Below are positions 11,242-23,903 of a stretch of 64,000 bases of DNA, piece by piece; within the stretch, counting starts at the first letter, position 1, and every line of letters starts with the position of its first letter. A model generated the notes under the pieces. That model worked only from the letters and a program-made list of their open reading frames with translations. It was not told where the DNA came from and searched no databases. The position numbers were made by a program, and so were the translations under genes. The stretch is from Anthoceros angustus (taxonomy: Eukaryota; Plantae; Anthocerotophyta): contig MU008154.1 of assembly GCA_010909165.1 (NCBI GenBank), positions 1,043,478 to 1,107,477 of the forward strand, in the 5' to 3' direction.

Positions 11242-13002
11242 CTACACCTTGATGTGATAATAATCTGCATCGAAGTGGTGCACACGCACATAACCGTCCT
11301 CTCCACCACTAGAAAAACTGCAACAGATAAACGGTATTTCACAAATCAGCCACATCTCCGTGCTAAGCAGCCCTGCCTTGAGTAAATCTGGCTAGAGATA
11401 AACGTGATTGCATTCATGGCCTTTCTGAAACTTACCTTCTTCCATCAGGGTTGAATGCCAGAGCATTTATTGGACCAAAATGTCCTTTCACACCACCGAT
11501 CTCCTCCTCAAACACCTGCCGAACAACGCTGCTCAGTGAACTGTCTCGTTGAGATCATAGGAAACATGACTTGATGCCACAGCAGGATAAGATCCAGCAA
11601 AAGTAGCACGATACCTTGTGGAAAAATTTGGCCTCAAACTTTCCAGCTCGGCGATCACTTGTTGTCACCATAGAAGCCTCTTGCCCTCCACCAATAACCA
11701 CCTGGAAAATCAAAACCGCAAAGTGTCAAGGCAGTGGCCAGAATGACATGACAAGCACACAAAGGCTTGGAAACTCATCAAGCTTTGTCTTACATGATCA
11801 AGAAGAGGAGATAGCAGCTGCATTCACTGGTCTTTCAGTGCTGTAAGTCTTCAAGAGTTGGAGAGTTCTTGTGTCCCACAGCTGTCCACCAGATTCAAGG
11901 ACATCTCAGATAGGCACTTACTAGCCCGCGTTAGGACAATATGAAGCAATCGTTCAGCTGATTTCAAACAAGGCAACACGCAGTGGTGGACCACACATAC
12001 TTTTGCACTCTTGTCGTGTGAGCCAGTAATGAAGTGAGATCCATCAGCTGATTTAGCCAGAGATGAGATAACTTTGCTGTGACCTGTCTCATGATCGCTT
12101 TCCTCAGCACTTCACCAGTCTGCAACCAGGAAAAAGGTCAGGCTGCGGCACAGACTCCACTTAGCCAAAGCAGTGAAACTAATTAACTGCTTGCAGCGTT
12201 CAGCAAAGACCCTCCAGTAGTTTCAGCTCAGAGGAAGCAAACCGCACCCTGGCATCCCAAATTCGCACTATCCCATCCTCTCCAGCACTGATGATTGTCC
12301 GATTCAAGGGTCCCCACACCACTCTGTTTATTCGTCCTTGAGGACCCGTAAGTGTCATTATTGACTCGGTACTCTCTGTCACCCACACGCAAAATGCAAT
12401 GTCAACATCAGCAGATGCAATCCAATCCCTGTGGCCCCACAGCAAAACGAGCATAAGAATCAACTCACTTCCATCAACCGCCTTCACATGGATGGCTGGA
12501 GGGTTCCCCACGAAAGGATCCGTGCTGATCAACGCTAATTTATCTCCCTCCGAAAAATCCACAGCTCGAGCAGGCGAATCGAAACCATAAGTCTCGAGGA
12601 CAGTACCCGTCTCCGTGTCCCAGAGTTTGGAAGACTGGTCAGCCGACCCCGTGATTAACTTATCAGTGTGCCCTACAGCCAGCAATACGCAAAATGCGCC
12701 AAACGCGTTAATTTCTCCTCCGCGTCCGGAAACCTAAGTCCCTGCCACCTCCCAATTGCACCGCCTCCTTCACTCCAATTGCCAGCCCAGATGAAGCCAC
12801 CAGCAGTATTATACTTACTGGATACATCGCAGCACCAAACCGCTCCGTTGTGACTCCGGTACGTGCCCAGCCGCTCCCCGTTGTGTGCATACCACACTGT
12901 AGGGTCGTGATCCTTGGCACAAGAGAACAGCAGATCCCCGTCCCGATTGTACTTGAGGAACGTGAGAGGCCTCTCATGGCCCTTCAACAATATCGGCCTC
13001 AT
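11242..13002 (-). CDS. eIF3i: eIF3i copy 2 (mosaic of copies 1 and 3); 2-nt homopolymer deletion in exon 5
   Basis: Same 8-exon structure. ATG at 13002, TAG at 11242-11244. Confidence 0.88.
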
Positions 13003-14865
13003 CACAGCAGCCAACGACAATCAAAACGATGTTGCTCAAGAGTAGGAAGGCCTCGAGCAGAAGAGAAGCAGGGCCTTGCAGCCTTTGGAAACACGACTCG
13101 ATGCGCAGCGTCTTCAAGTGACTGATGTTCTAGTGAAGTCTTGTTTAGAAGCCGCTTCAAGTTAAGTCTTTAAAAAAAAAACACCTTGTAGAGAGTGAAG
13201 TAATTTTGTAGTAACCTCTCTTTTTTTGGTTTTACTCGAACGCTCGACTAAAAAGCCCCAGTCCATGGGACTTGGTACCAGACAATTTATACCAAGGTGT
13301 GCCTAAGCTATTTCGGACCGGCGGTGGTTTCACAGACAATATGGGAGCGAGTGGCGAGCGTAAGCGGTAGATGAGCGGCAAGCGGCGGGCGGCGGTGGCG
13401 GGGCAGTGGCGGCGGGCGGCTGGCGAATGGTATGGGGAGGGTGCCTAGTGCATGTGCCTCGCGCCCCATGGCGTCGTGGGGCGACCCGCGATAGCATAGG
13501 CGGGCGCTGGCCAGCGGGCAAGGCGTGGTGTTCGGCCGTGGCGAAGTTGGGCAGCGGAGGCGCAGCCGGGTCGCAGTTGTTGTGAGCAGGTTGCACCACG
13601 CGTGGCCTCGTCAAGTGGTGTCCACAGTGTGGGCCCTCCACAAGGATAGATCCGTGGGCTCTCCATAGAGGAATCGTGTGGGGCCCACCATGTGGACATC
13701 AAGTGGGGCCTCCACAAGGACAAGTCAAGTGGGGGCCACCATAGGGACACGTCGTGGGGCCACTGCACAAGGATTGGTCAAGTGGGGGCTCACCACAAGG
13801 ACGGACGGTAGGGCCCACCACTAGCGGTATGGTCGTGCCGGGTTCAAATGGGTTCTCTTTCAAGGTATTCGGGAAGGAGAAGGGAAGGAAGGCAGCCCAC
13901 GGGTAGTGGAAGGGACTACCGGAAAGGAAGGAGCAACCGAGGTAGCCAAACACCCTGGAGTTCTTGAGCATGATGACGGTGTGGAGTCCACTACCGCATG
14001 TGGAAAGCTGCTACCGACATCATTGGGGAGCCCAACTCAAGCGGCCATGAGCGGGCAACCTCGGCAGCGTAGCATCTCGCGAGGGCATGGATCGGGGTAC
14101 CCAGGTAGAGGAGGGAGCACCTCACTCTGAGGTCCCCTGTTGCGCACATGGATGGAAACTTATGTTCCCGGTCTATATGTGAATGGGGAACGCATAACCT
14201 CACTCCATGCGTGTGGAAATAGGAGGGATCGGGGCCTACCTTCGCAAGTAAGGACCCAAGTGGATACTTCTTCCACCTGAGTGGGGATTGGCCTCCTATT
14301 ATGGAGGCGATTTTGGAGGAGCTAACTGAGGAAGAAGTCCAGTGGTGGACGAAGAGCCTAATCCTCAGAAGGCGGCGGTGGAGTGGAGCTGGGGGCGGGA
14401 TATACCTCCGATTAGGGGCGCCCAGACGGTGAGTGGAGGTCCCTGGAGGACCTGTCGGTCAAGTGGCGGGAGGCTCGCGGCGCGGAGGAGGGGCGAAGGG
14501 TCAGCGGCCAAGTCGGGAAGGGCGCGCAGATAAGCGCAGCAAATAGGTGATAGCATCCTAGGAAAGGAATTTGGTTGGGGGTGTCACCCTGGACCTAAGA
14601 TCGCTTGGAATTGTAGACGCGTCTCTTCACGATAGCTGTTTTAGGACACGAAAATGGGGGCTATCGCCCCAATGATGTACAAAAGGAATTGCCCACCATG
14701 AGATAATTCTGGTTGAGATCCCTCGAAGAAGCGCTCAGGGCCCAGATCAAGGATGCCCACGAGGCGAATCAAGAAATGCAGGGGAATTGTTGCGAGCCCA
14801 AGGCAGCCTTGTGGAAGGCCCATGTTGGCGGACCGTTACAAGCGAGGCGGACGAGGCACGTGGCT

Positions 14866-17501
14866 GCCATGGGGCCTTCTTCTTTGACTTTGCCCGACCC
14901 GCCGACTCGCCATGGGGCCTCGCTATTTGGCACCTCCGAGGTGCCTTCAAGATGACGTCCGCCTTGCCTGCCTTGCCTCGCGTCTCGCAAGATCCTCGGG
15001 CGAGGCTGGCATTGCATTGTTTTCTACCTAGGTGGTGTCTTCGGCGCTCTTGCGGCGGTATTTCAGCTCACCATGAGGTCACCTCTCATCTTCACCGTTT
15101 TCGTGATGGAAACTGAGAGGCTCTACAAGAAGAGTGTGGGCGCAGCGGGTCTCGTTGACTCCGCTAAGGTGGATTGTGTCTGTCCGGACCCTAGGAAGGC
15201 GCATCTTAAGCGATGTCTTTGCTTGGTGTGCTGGGGTATGCTCGGGCTATTTTCGGGCTCTTCGAAGAGCTAGTGGCACCAACCCGGAGGAGACTATCAA
15301 CACCCTTCGCCTCCATCCAATGCCGCAACCCCATTTCAGGACATTAGGGACTACTTCGCTTATGAGTCTTTTGTATGGGCCGTCTTGATTCGGGCTTATC
15401 TCGCCTTCTGCGGGGTCTATTGGGACGGTCTATGACCATCTCGCGATTACTTTACCCCCAAGGATCCCTCTAGCGGGTTTTCAAGGTTGTTTCTTTGGCG
15501 GTCGTGGCTAGGGAAAGTCCCCTTCCGAATTGTTCAAGTGTTGGGGGCTAGTCATTTGTAGGCTATGGAGAAGCCCACCCTCGGGGTTCGTCTATCGCAA
15601 TCAAAAAGGCGTTTTGCGGTTGGTTAGTCGCAGATTACTATCTAGCTTTGGGAGCAATTCTAAGGCTCGGTGCACACCAATTCGGCATCGCTATTCCGGT
15701 GTGGAGTCCGTGTAGTTTTGAGTGGGAGCGATCTTGGAGTCTCATCCTAATTGTCGCATTGCGGTGGGCGTAAAATGCTTTAACACGAGTCTCCAAGGTG
15801 GCCATTTCGATGAGCTCAAGGATGCAGTGGCTGCCTTATCCCTTTTATACGCTCCTTTTGGTCTCCTTCCAATCTCTACTATTAGCATGGGCCCCGCGAT
15901 GGGGTTTCATTGCTGGCCTCGAGCTTCAGCAAAGCAAGAGGATCCGTTGGGGCACCTTTTGCCATGGCTCATTTCCAGGCTTTGTCCATATTTGTCTCCT
16001 TGTTTTGGGATTGTTCGTATCCCTCGGTGGCGAACGACACCCATATTATGGGGCCTGGTGACCGGGTCAAGGGGCGCTTTTGAACTCTTCTCTTGAGCTC
16101 TCCGCATTGGTCGAAGGTGAAGATTTTGAAGTGCGATCTGGTCCCCTCACGTGGTGCCCTCTCTTGATATCCTAATGGGGATATTGCTTCGCACAAGGCC
16201 TTCCAGGGGTCCCAGTGGGGCTCCGCTGTACAAGAATTCATGGCTGCGGCTTTGCAGAACACAGGTACATATCGGCGATCTCTCCCAATTGGGGATCCGG
16301 ATGTGGCATTGATTCTATCTTCTTGTTTTGTCGTCGGCCGAGCTAACTCCTCCGCATGATTCAGCCTTCCGAGATTCTTGTCTAGAGGTTTTGATAAATG
16401 AGTGACATCATTAGCCCATGACACCTTGAGTCTTGCGGGACTTGGCTGGATAGGTGTCCCTCTCGCGTTTAGGGACATCTTTTGGCTGAGGCCTTTGCTG
16501 CTGCTTTCCTTGGGAGTTGGGCCCTCTCGCTCTCATCTGTCTTCCATTTTCGTCATCGATTCTCGTTTTGGAGTCATTTGTATGGGGAGGAAGGCGTTTT
16601 CCACATGCATGTGTCCTTTCGTTTGGCTAGAGGTTCCATACCCATAGAGGCTAGGGCCTTGCCTTCTTTTTCTTGCCCCAGGTCGGATTCCGATTCAAGT
16701 GTCTCTCCGGAGAGGCAATATCGGCGGTGCAGGTGGCCCTTCTTGGTGGTCCATCCCAGGCGGCTTGTGCGCCTCTCCACTCTTGCTTAGGTAAGGGAGC
16801 GGGTTCATGGCTTCTTGCTCTTGCATCCGAGCTTTCCAAATCGCACTTTGACCTCTTTTTCTACGCGATGAGGTTTCGCTTGGGCTTGGTCTAGCCTTTG
16901 GCTGCTCTCCGGGCTTGCAATTGGGGCGCCTCGATGACTCGGGGACCCACCTTGCTGCCCGCAGGTAGGCGCGCATTTTTCCCACATGATCTTTTTGGCG
17001 TCATGTTCTTGTTGGATGAGGAGGGAGGCTTCATCCTTACAAGGAGCACCCTCTTCATAATGGGGTTCCTTGGTGGACCTTTGGCCGGACCAGTTTGATT
17101 CTGCGAGATGTGGTTGTCATGGACCTTAATCGGGATTCCATGAGAATGTGATCCTCAACCCTCCGGTGGGCGGGCGGAGGGATGTGCCACAGCGAAGGTT
17201 TGTAAGTATGTAGTCGGGCACGCCTTCATCCCTCGCCATCGAGACTCATGGGGCCATGAGCAAGGCCTTTTCTAGGTTCCTTAAGACTTGTGCCAAGGAG
17301 TACCACAGCCGCATGAATGGGGTTGACCACCCTCTTTCATGTATTGTGCCTTTCTACAGGCAACGGGTGTCCATCGCCCTGCAGCAGTCATTGGCCAACG
17401 TGGTGTATAGGACGATGACAAGCGCATGGCAGGCAGCTTCTTTGGCACTGGTGGTAGGTAGGCCCTTTCTTATCCCTTATTTTAAATCCTTGGCGTGGTA
17501 G
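14866..17501 (+). mobile_element. Second copy of the CRE-like retrotransposon, riddled with small deletions
   Basis: Collinear with 7410-10290 and carries the same RT, CCHC and RLE motifs, with many 1-5 nt deletions. Confidence 0.85.
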
Positions 17502-17843
17502 GCAATTACAAGATTATCGACAATGGGGTCAGTCCCCCTTGGTCTGGTGCCCTTCTAAGGGTTGTTCCCTTACTCTTGAAGTACACTAAGACACCAAATT
17601 TTCTTGCTTAACTACAACCTTCCAGTCCTCCGATCCTTGCTATTCCAGGTCAAGGCAATGTTAGGATTTCTTTTTCATAATAAAGTCTCTATGTCACGTT
17701 AACCTAAGCTATTAGCATCAAGGGCATTCACTCCCTCTAGGCACCCCATCTAAGTACCTATCGGCGCGGATGCTTAACGAGCGCGTTCTTATATAGCTTA
17801 GTATATTGGGCCTAAGCAACTTGGACCACATTTGGAGAAAGGT

Positions 17844-18225
17844 GCACACGTTGCACATCTGCTGCATCAAGCGGTCTGAAGAGAATGCCTACGACGGTGT
17901 CTGCCTATGTACAGTCTAAGCCAGAGCTCGGACATCTCACCATTATGGACGGCATCGTATTGGAGAGAATAATAGTTTCATGTCAGATGGTGGCTAATCA
18001 GTTGCATACCGGTTCTTGTATCCTCTGGTAGTCAGGCTCTGGTACCCTTGCCCGCATGCTTCCCGACGCCTGCGTCCGCAAGCTGGACGAGAAGAGCGCC
18101 TCACAATCATCTAGGAACACCCAATGATTGTCCACGGAGAACTGCTCGATAACGTTAAGGTGGGCAACTGTCTGAGGACATGAACAATGTTGCGAACTGA
18201 AGGCTGTGCTCCAGGTTTCACAGCC
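17844..18225 (-). pseudogene. Second copy of the GT47 3' fragment
   Basis: Near-identical to 10631-11010. Confidence 0.85.
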
Positions 18226-18456
18226 CAGCATCAAAGGAGTTGGTGACAGTGAGTGCCTGGATATCGAGGTCAGCCAAATATTGGCCAGGTAGTATCCCTC
18301 AGTCCTTATTTCCTGTTCATCCAGAATTCTGCCTTGCCGAGTCGTGACACTAGTCTGTTTGCTGCCCTACATAAGCGTGCAGTCGCTACCTTTCTAACTC
18401 TTCAGAGATTGAGCGACCAAAAATGAGTGGCGTGCCCTTTTTCAGACAAAACGGTT

Positions 18457-20201
18457 CTACACCTTGATGTGATAATAATCTGCATCGAAGTGGTGCACAC
18501 GCACATAACCGTCCTCTCCACCACTAGAAAAACTGCAACAGATAAACGGTATTTCACAAATCAGCCACATCTCCGTGCTAAGCAGCCCTGCCTTGAGTAA
18601 ATCTGGCTAGAGATAAACGTGATTGCATTCATGGCCTTTCTGAAACTTACCTTCTTCCATCAGGGTTGAATGCCAGAGCATTTATTGGACCAAAATGTCC
18701 TTTCACACCACCGATCTCCTCCTCAAACACCTGCCGAACAACGCTGCTCAGTGAACTGTCTCGTTGAGATCATAGGAAACATGACTTGATGCCACAGCAG
18801 GATAAGATCCAGCAAAAGTAGCACGATACCTTGTGGAAAAATTTGGCCTCAAACTTTCCAGCTCGGCGATCACTTGTTGTCACCATAGAAGCCTCTTGCC
18901 CTCCACCAATAACCACCTGGAAAATCAAAACCGCAAAGTGTCAAGGCAGTGGCCAGAATGACATGACAAGCACACAAAGGCTTGGAAACTCATCAAGCTT
19001 TGTCTTACATGATCAAGAAGAGGAGATAGCAGCTGCATTCACTGGTCTTTCAGTGCTGTAAGTCTTCAAGAGTTGGAGTTCTTGTGTCCCACAGCTGTCC
19101 ACCAGATTCAAGGACATCTCAGATAGGCACTTACTAGCCCGCGTTAGGACAATATGAAGCAATCGTTCAGCTGATTTCAAACAAGGCAACACGCAGTGGT
19201 GGACCACACATACTTTTGCACTCTTGTCGTGTGAGCCAGTAATGAAGTGAGATCCATCAGCTGATTTAGCCAGAGATGAGATAACTTTGCTGTGACCTGT
19301 CTCATGATCGCTTTCCCTCAGCACTTCACCAGTCTGCAACCAGGAAAAAAGGTCAGGCTGCGGCACAGACTCCACTTAGCCAAAGCAGTGAAACTAATTA
19401 ACTGCTTGCAGCGTTCAGCAAAGACCCTCCAGTAGTTTCAGCTCAGAGGAAGCAAACCGCACCCTGGCATCCCAAATTCGCACTATCCCATCCTCTCCAG
19501 CACTGATGATTGTCCGATTCAAGGGTCCCCACACCACTCTGTTTATTCGTCCTTGAGGACCCGTAAGTGTCATTATTGACTCAACTCTCTGTCACCCACG
19601 CAAAATGCAATGTCAACATCAGCAGATGCAATCCAATCCCTGTGGCCCCACAGCAAAACGAGCATAAGAATCAACTCACTTCCATCAACCGCCTTCTGGA
19701 GGGTTCCCACGAAAGGATCCGTGCTGATCAACGCTAATTTATCTCCCTCCGAAAAATCCACAGCTCGAGCAGGCGAATCGAAACCATAAGTCTCGAGGAC
19801 AGTACCCGTCTCCGTGTCCCAGAGTTTGGAAGACTGGTCAGCCGACCCCGTGATTAACTTATCAGTGTGCCCTACAGCCACCGACACGCAAAATGCGCCA
19901 AAGGTGTTAATTTCTCCTCCGCGTCGGGAAACCTAAGTCCCTGCCACATCCCGATTGCACCGCCTCCTTCACTCCAATTGCCAGCCCAGATGAAGCCACC
20001 AGCAGTATTATACTTACTGGATACATCGCAGCACCAAACCGCTCCATTGTGACTCCGGTACGTGCCCAGCCGCTCCCCGTTGTGTGCATACCACACTGTA
20101 GGGTCGTGATCCTTGGCACAAGAGAACAGCAGATCCCCGTCCCGATTGTACTTGAGGAACGTGAGGGGCCTCTCATGGCCCTTCAACAATATCGGCCTCA
20201 T
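18457..20201 (-). CDS. eIF3i: eIF3i copy 3, diverged promoter; small deletions in exons 2 and 5
   Basis: ATG at 20201, TAG at 18457-18459. Upstream sequence differs from copies 1 and 2. About 12 nt are deleted near 19696. Confidence 0.85.
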
Positions 20202-20856
20202 CACGGCAGCTCACAGCCTCAGCTGCAGCGTCCGGAACGACAACTCGATCAGCAGCCTCTTCAAGTGACTTCCTATTCTAGTTAGGGCACCCAATCTGAA
20301 TGACTACTCTTTTTGTATCACATTGTCGATGCGGTAGGTGATTTTAGGGACAGAATTCTCTCCATCGTTTTCTCCTCTCAATAAAGTTCACAGATTCCCT
20401 CACAAAGGTAACACTATATGTGCATATCTTGTATTATAGTCTTAATAATATAATATCCTATATATATATAGCACCATATAACCTTATAAAAAAACTGTCC
20501 CAATCGGAACCATGTCTAGAAGATTATCGCTGTACCAACTAGCAAAGTGGGACAAATTCAAAATCCAAATCTTTGTCTATAGATTTTTATTACCGGATTT
20601 TAATTTTGTCACTTGATAGGTAAGAAGTTTTATCGTTCCTCCCCTCCACAAAATTTGCACCAAAAAGAGGGTAAAATCGAGCTAGACGTCTTGACTTATT
20701 GGTAAAATAACATAGAAAAAAATTGCATGATAAAGTTTATCAACATCACTATCCTTGCTTTGAAGTTGATTATGAATAACTAAGATTTAAATACAAAAAA
20801 CATTGAGGGAAAAAATTGATGGAAAAAACCCATCCGGTACAGGACAACCAAGGGAG

Positions 20857-21505
20857 TATGGCATACCAAAGAGGAGTGAGGGGACGGGGCACTTTTTTGG
20901 CTCGCAAAACTTTTCTTCATACCACACAGCTTTCTTATGTCCGGTTTGGTAACCCTATCGAAATGAGGTAGCCCAAAGCGGCCACTTCGCGAGCACTAGT
21001 ACACACAAACGGAACTCCCTTTTTTTTCCGCAGTGTGGTTTCTTTATGTGCGCGCAACAAGGGAATTTTCGGACGCCTGCCCGTTTAGGCATGCGCCACG
21101 GGCAGTAAGCCATCGCTTTGTGGCCATTTTAGGGTTCGTCTTGTAGCAGGGTGGGAGCAAGGTTTAGGGTGGGCGAGGAACGCAGTCGGCGGGGCGAGGC
21201 ACACGGCGGCGGGATGACGCAAGGGTAGGCGGTGCGCCGAGGTCTCAAACCACAGTGGCTCTTTGTCTTCAAGTTGCAAGATTGAAACATTTTCAAGCAC
21301 ACACACGTTTGGAAGAGAAAGTGTGTGTCCCCTTTGGTGCTTGGCCGCTCTTGGTTAGGGCGCCAAAGCGGACATTTCAGCATGTGTTGTGAGGATGCAC
21401 CTCCATACAAGAATCAGTGGTATATTCTTCAAGATGCCTATGCATTGTACGGGTTTCACACGAAAAAAAATGCCCCATCCCCTCTGTCCTCTTTGGTATG
21501 CCATA
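20857..21505. mobile_element. MITE-like element, about 42-bp TIRs, 6-bp flanking direct repeat AGGGAG
   Basis: Left TIR tatggcataccaaagaggagtgaggggacggggcactttttt (from 20857) is inverted at 21463-21505 with 4 mismatches. agggag at 20851-20856 and 21506-21511. Confidence 0.8.
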
Positions 21506-22189
21506 AGGGAGACCCTGTGAGTCGTGATGAAAAGACTAAGACTTGAATTAAACATCCCATCTTCACTAAAAGTTATTTGTAAAGTAATATCTTCTGCCAA
21601 TAATTTTTTGTACAACGAAATCCATCTAAGGGCTGCTTTCCATGGACATCAATTTCCCTCCAAAGAACTTCCACAAATTCAAACGAAACTTCGACAAAAG
21701 CCAGGAACGGGAAAGTTGATGTGAACTCCTGTAATGATCGGAAGAGACCACCTCTAGCGAAATTGTAGGCAAGAGCTACCGGAACCGGGAACCTCTGCGG
21801 CAAGGCTGCGAGCCTTTGCCGGTAGAGGTGTAGGGGCTTTCTTCTCTATTCGCTTGCAATACCTAGAGGGGATTGCAAGCTTCCATTGCACTCGTCGGTC
21901 TTGCCTGTGGCGCTTTGTCACACCGCATTCGGTCTGATTTTGGAGGGTCACAGATCGATGGGTCCTAAGACGCAGTTAGTCTCAAGCCTCGCGACTCCAA
22001 CCTTCGTTCTTAATCGTCCACAAGCTCAAGATCCTTGCCTTTAGCTTTGTTGTCGGGGTTGGCGGCTTCCATGCTTCCCCAATCTAAACTTGGTGTAGGC
22101 CTGTGCCCACGAGCACCACCACGTTCCTCCCACGAACGAGACATTCAAGGCACCTAAAGTTGTGGACACTAGGAACTTCATATCTTGCA

Positions 22190-22985
22190 GGAAGATTGAC
22201 CACTAAGCTCACTCTTGGCGTAGGGAGAAAATAAGAAGGCCTGAACGATGGGAAGAGGTGGTCACCTATTGCAAGGCTAATTGTAATGTGCACAGCTAAT
22301 AGCCTTGAAACAAATGGGACGGTTGTCTCGGTGGAAAAAAATCAATGATCATTGCGGCATCCACTAAGTGGTCGGGACACATATTGGCGGATGTTGGCCG
22401 AGCAAAAAGGCAAAAGCTAGGCCGAGTCTTTTCAATGCGGGTGTGGTATTCGAGACTCCACGGGCTATTGCTCAGTTAGGAGCAATTGGGTGACACTAGT
22501 ACCATGCCACCAGGTATGTAGCCTTGCCTTTTCCGTCTTCAGACTCACAGGTTTATATTGGAGCAATAAGTACAGCTCAACCTATCGACCTTCATGCATG
22601 TGTTGCAGATACTCAAGGTTCTTCTAGAGAGGCATCACTTGGGGATGGTCAGGCGACCAGCGAAGACTTCCATCACCGGGGCGGTCCTTAAACACAGGCA
22701 TGGAATCCGATGATCCATCGGTGATGGTTTGGTCCGAAGAAAAGGAAAGTTCTAAGCTGAGCGGGGAGACTTGTTTGTGGCCATGGGATTTTGTTGATCG
22801 ATTGCGCGGAATTCAACAAGGAGAAGAGGCATAAAGCGAACATGAAATTTCAAGAGAGGGTCCACAATGACCTCATCCTGCAGATCGTGTCCTAATACAA
22901 TCACGAGAATCAAATTGGAGAGGGATTCATGCTTTTTGAAATAGGAGATGCATTGAGCAAGTTAGGAGACAAACTGTCATAGAAA
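22190..22985 (+). pseudogene. Harbinger Myb/SANT-like (trihelix-type) ORF relic
   Basis: Stitched RWEEVVTYCKAN...NKWDG...KKIND...TYWRMLAEQK, then a coiled-coil C-terminus. Convergent with the transposase, as in PIF/Harbinger elements. Confidence 0.6.
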
Positions 22986-22987
22986 AT

Positions 22988-23614
22988 TCATGAGTTCATA
23001 TCCTGTTGTTGTCTGCTAGTCCACAAGAACCTGGCTATGTTTTGGCGAAGCCTGTCACCATCCACATTCATGTTGTTACAAGGAATTGTTCGATAACCAT
23101 CATCATGACCAGGCTCATCACTGTCTGCTGCAGGCATTTCACCCTTGTCAATGAGGACATTATGAAGTAACAACAACACATCAAGATTGCCCATAACGAG
23201 TCCATGTTTGCTTTCCAAATGGTTCTGCTCAGTAGGCTCCATGTTCCTTTAAGTTTCCCAAAAGCTCGTTCTACCACCATGCATGATGAGGAATGCTTAA
23301 AATTGAAATAGTCCTTCTCTGGAGAGACATGCACACTGGAAGGGTGTGAACGGCAAGGCGATGGGTAGCAGATCGCCCACTATAAACTCTCGAACATTGA
23401 AGTTGTTGACTCTAATATGGTCCCCGTTTAAGATTTCTCCTGCCATAGCTTTCCGATATAAGCCTGAATTGCTGAGAATTCTAGCATCATTGACAGAACC
23501 TAGGAAGCCTGCAAAAACATCCAAAAATCGCATGTTTATATCGACAACCCCCTGAATACAAGCACTGTAATCATGGTTTCTATCAAAATAGTCAATTGCC
23601 ATTCCCCGTATCAT
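22988..23614 (-). pseudogene. PIF/Harbinger DDE (DDE_Tnp_4) transposase, C-terminal part
   Basis: DYFDRNHDYS..IQGVVD..MRFLDVFAGFLGSVNDARILSNSGL, IVGD, FNFKHSS..VVERAFGKLKGTW. Frameshifted and 5'-truncated. Confidence 0.88.
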
Positions 23615-23903
23615 GAGCTCCTACAGCTGAATGCGCAGTTTGTGAAACAACAAAACCGTGGTCAAGGCGCCGTCGTCCGGGCGCCAAAAGTAAAAGTAGT
23701 TTGTTTTGTCGATGATCCATTTCCACATTGACAAAAGGCCTAGTAATAACACAACAAAACTAGGTATGGGTACATGCAAGCCGGTTGGAGACCATCCTGT
23801 TTTAGGTTCCGCCAAAATTGACCACTAGCACGGACAATAGTTCACAACTACAAAGCGTCTACGTCGGGCTAACTTGTGACTCAACCGGTGCTTGCGACAC
23901 GAA

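Noticed and set aside
21325-21950. Possible FAR1/MULE or F-box fragment
   Set aside because: Only vague similarity; part of it lies inside the MITE TIR and no consistent frame was found.
23615-23640. GAG-starting sequence as a possible Sola left TIR
   Set aside because: No inverted counterpart found at 42.4-43.6 kb.
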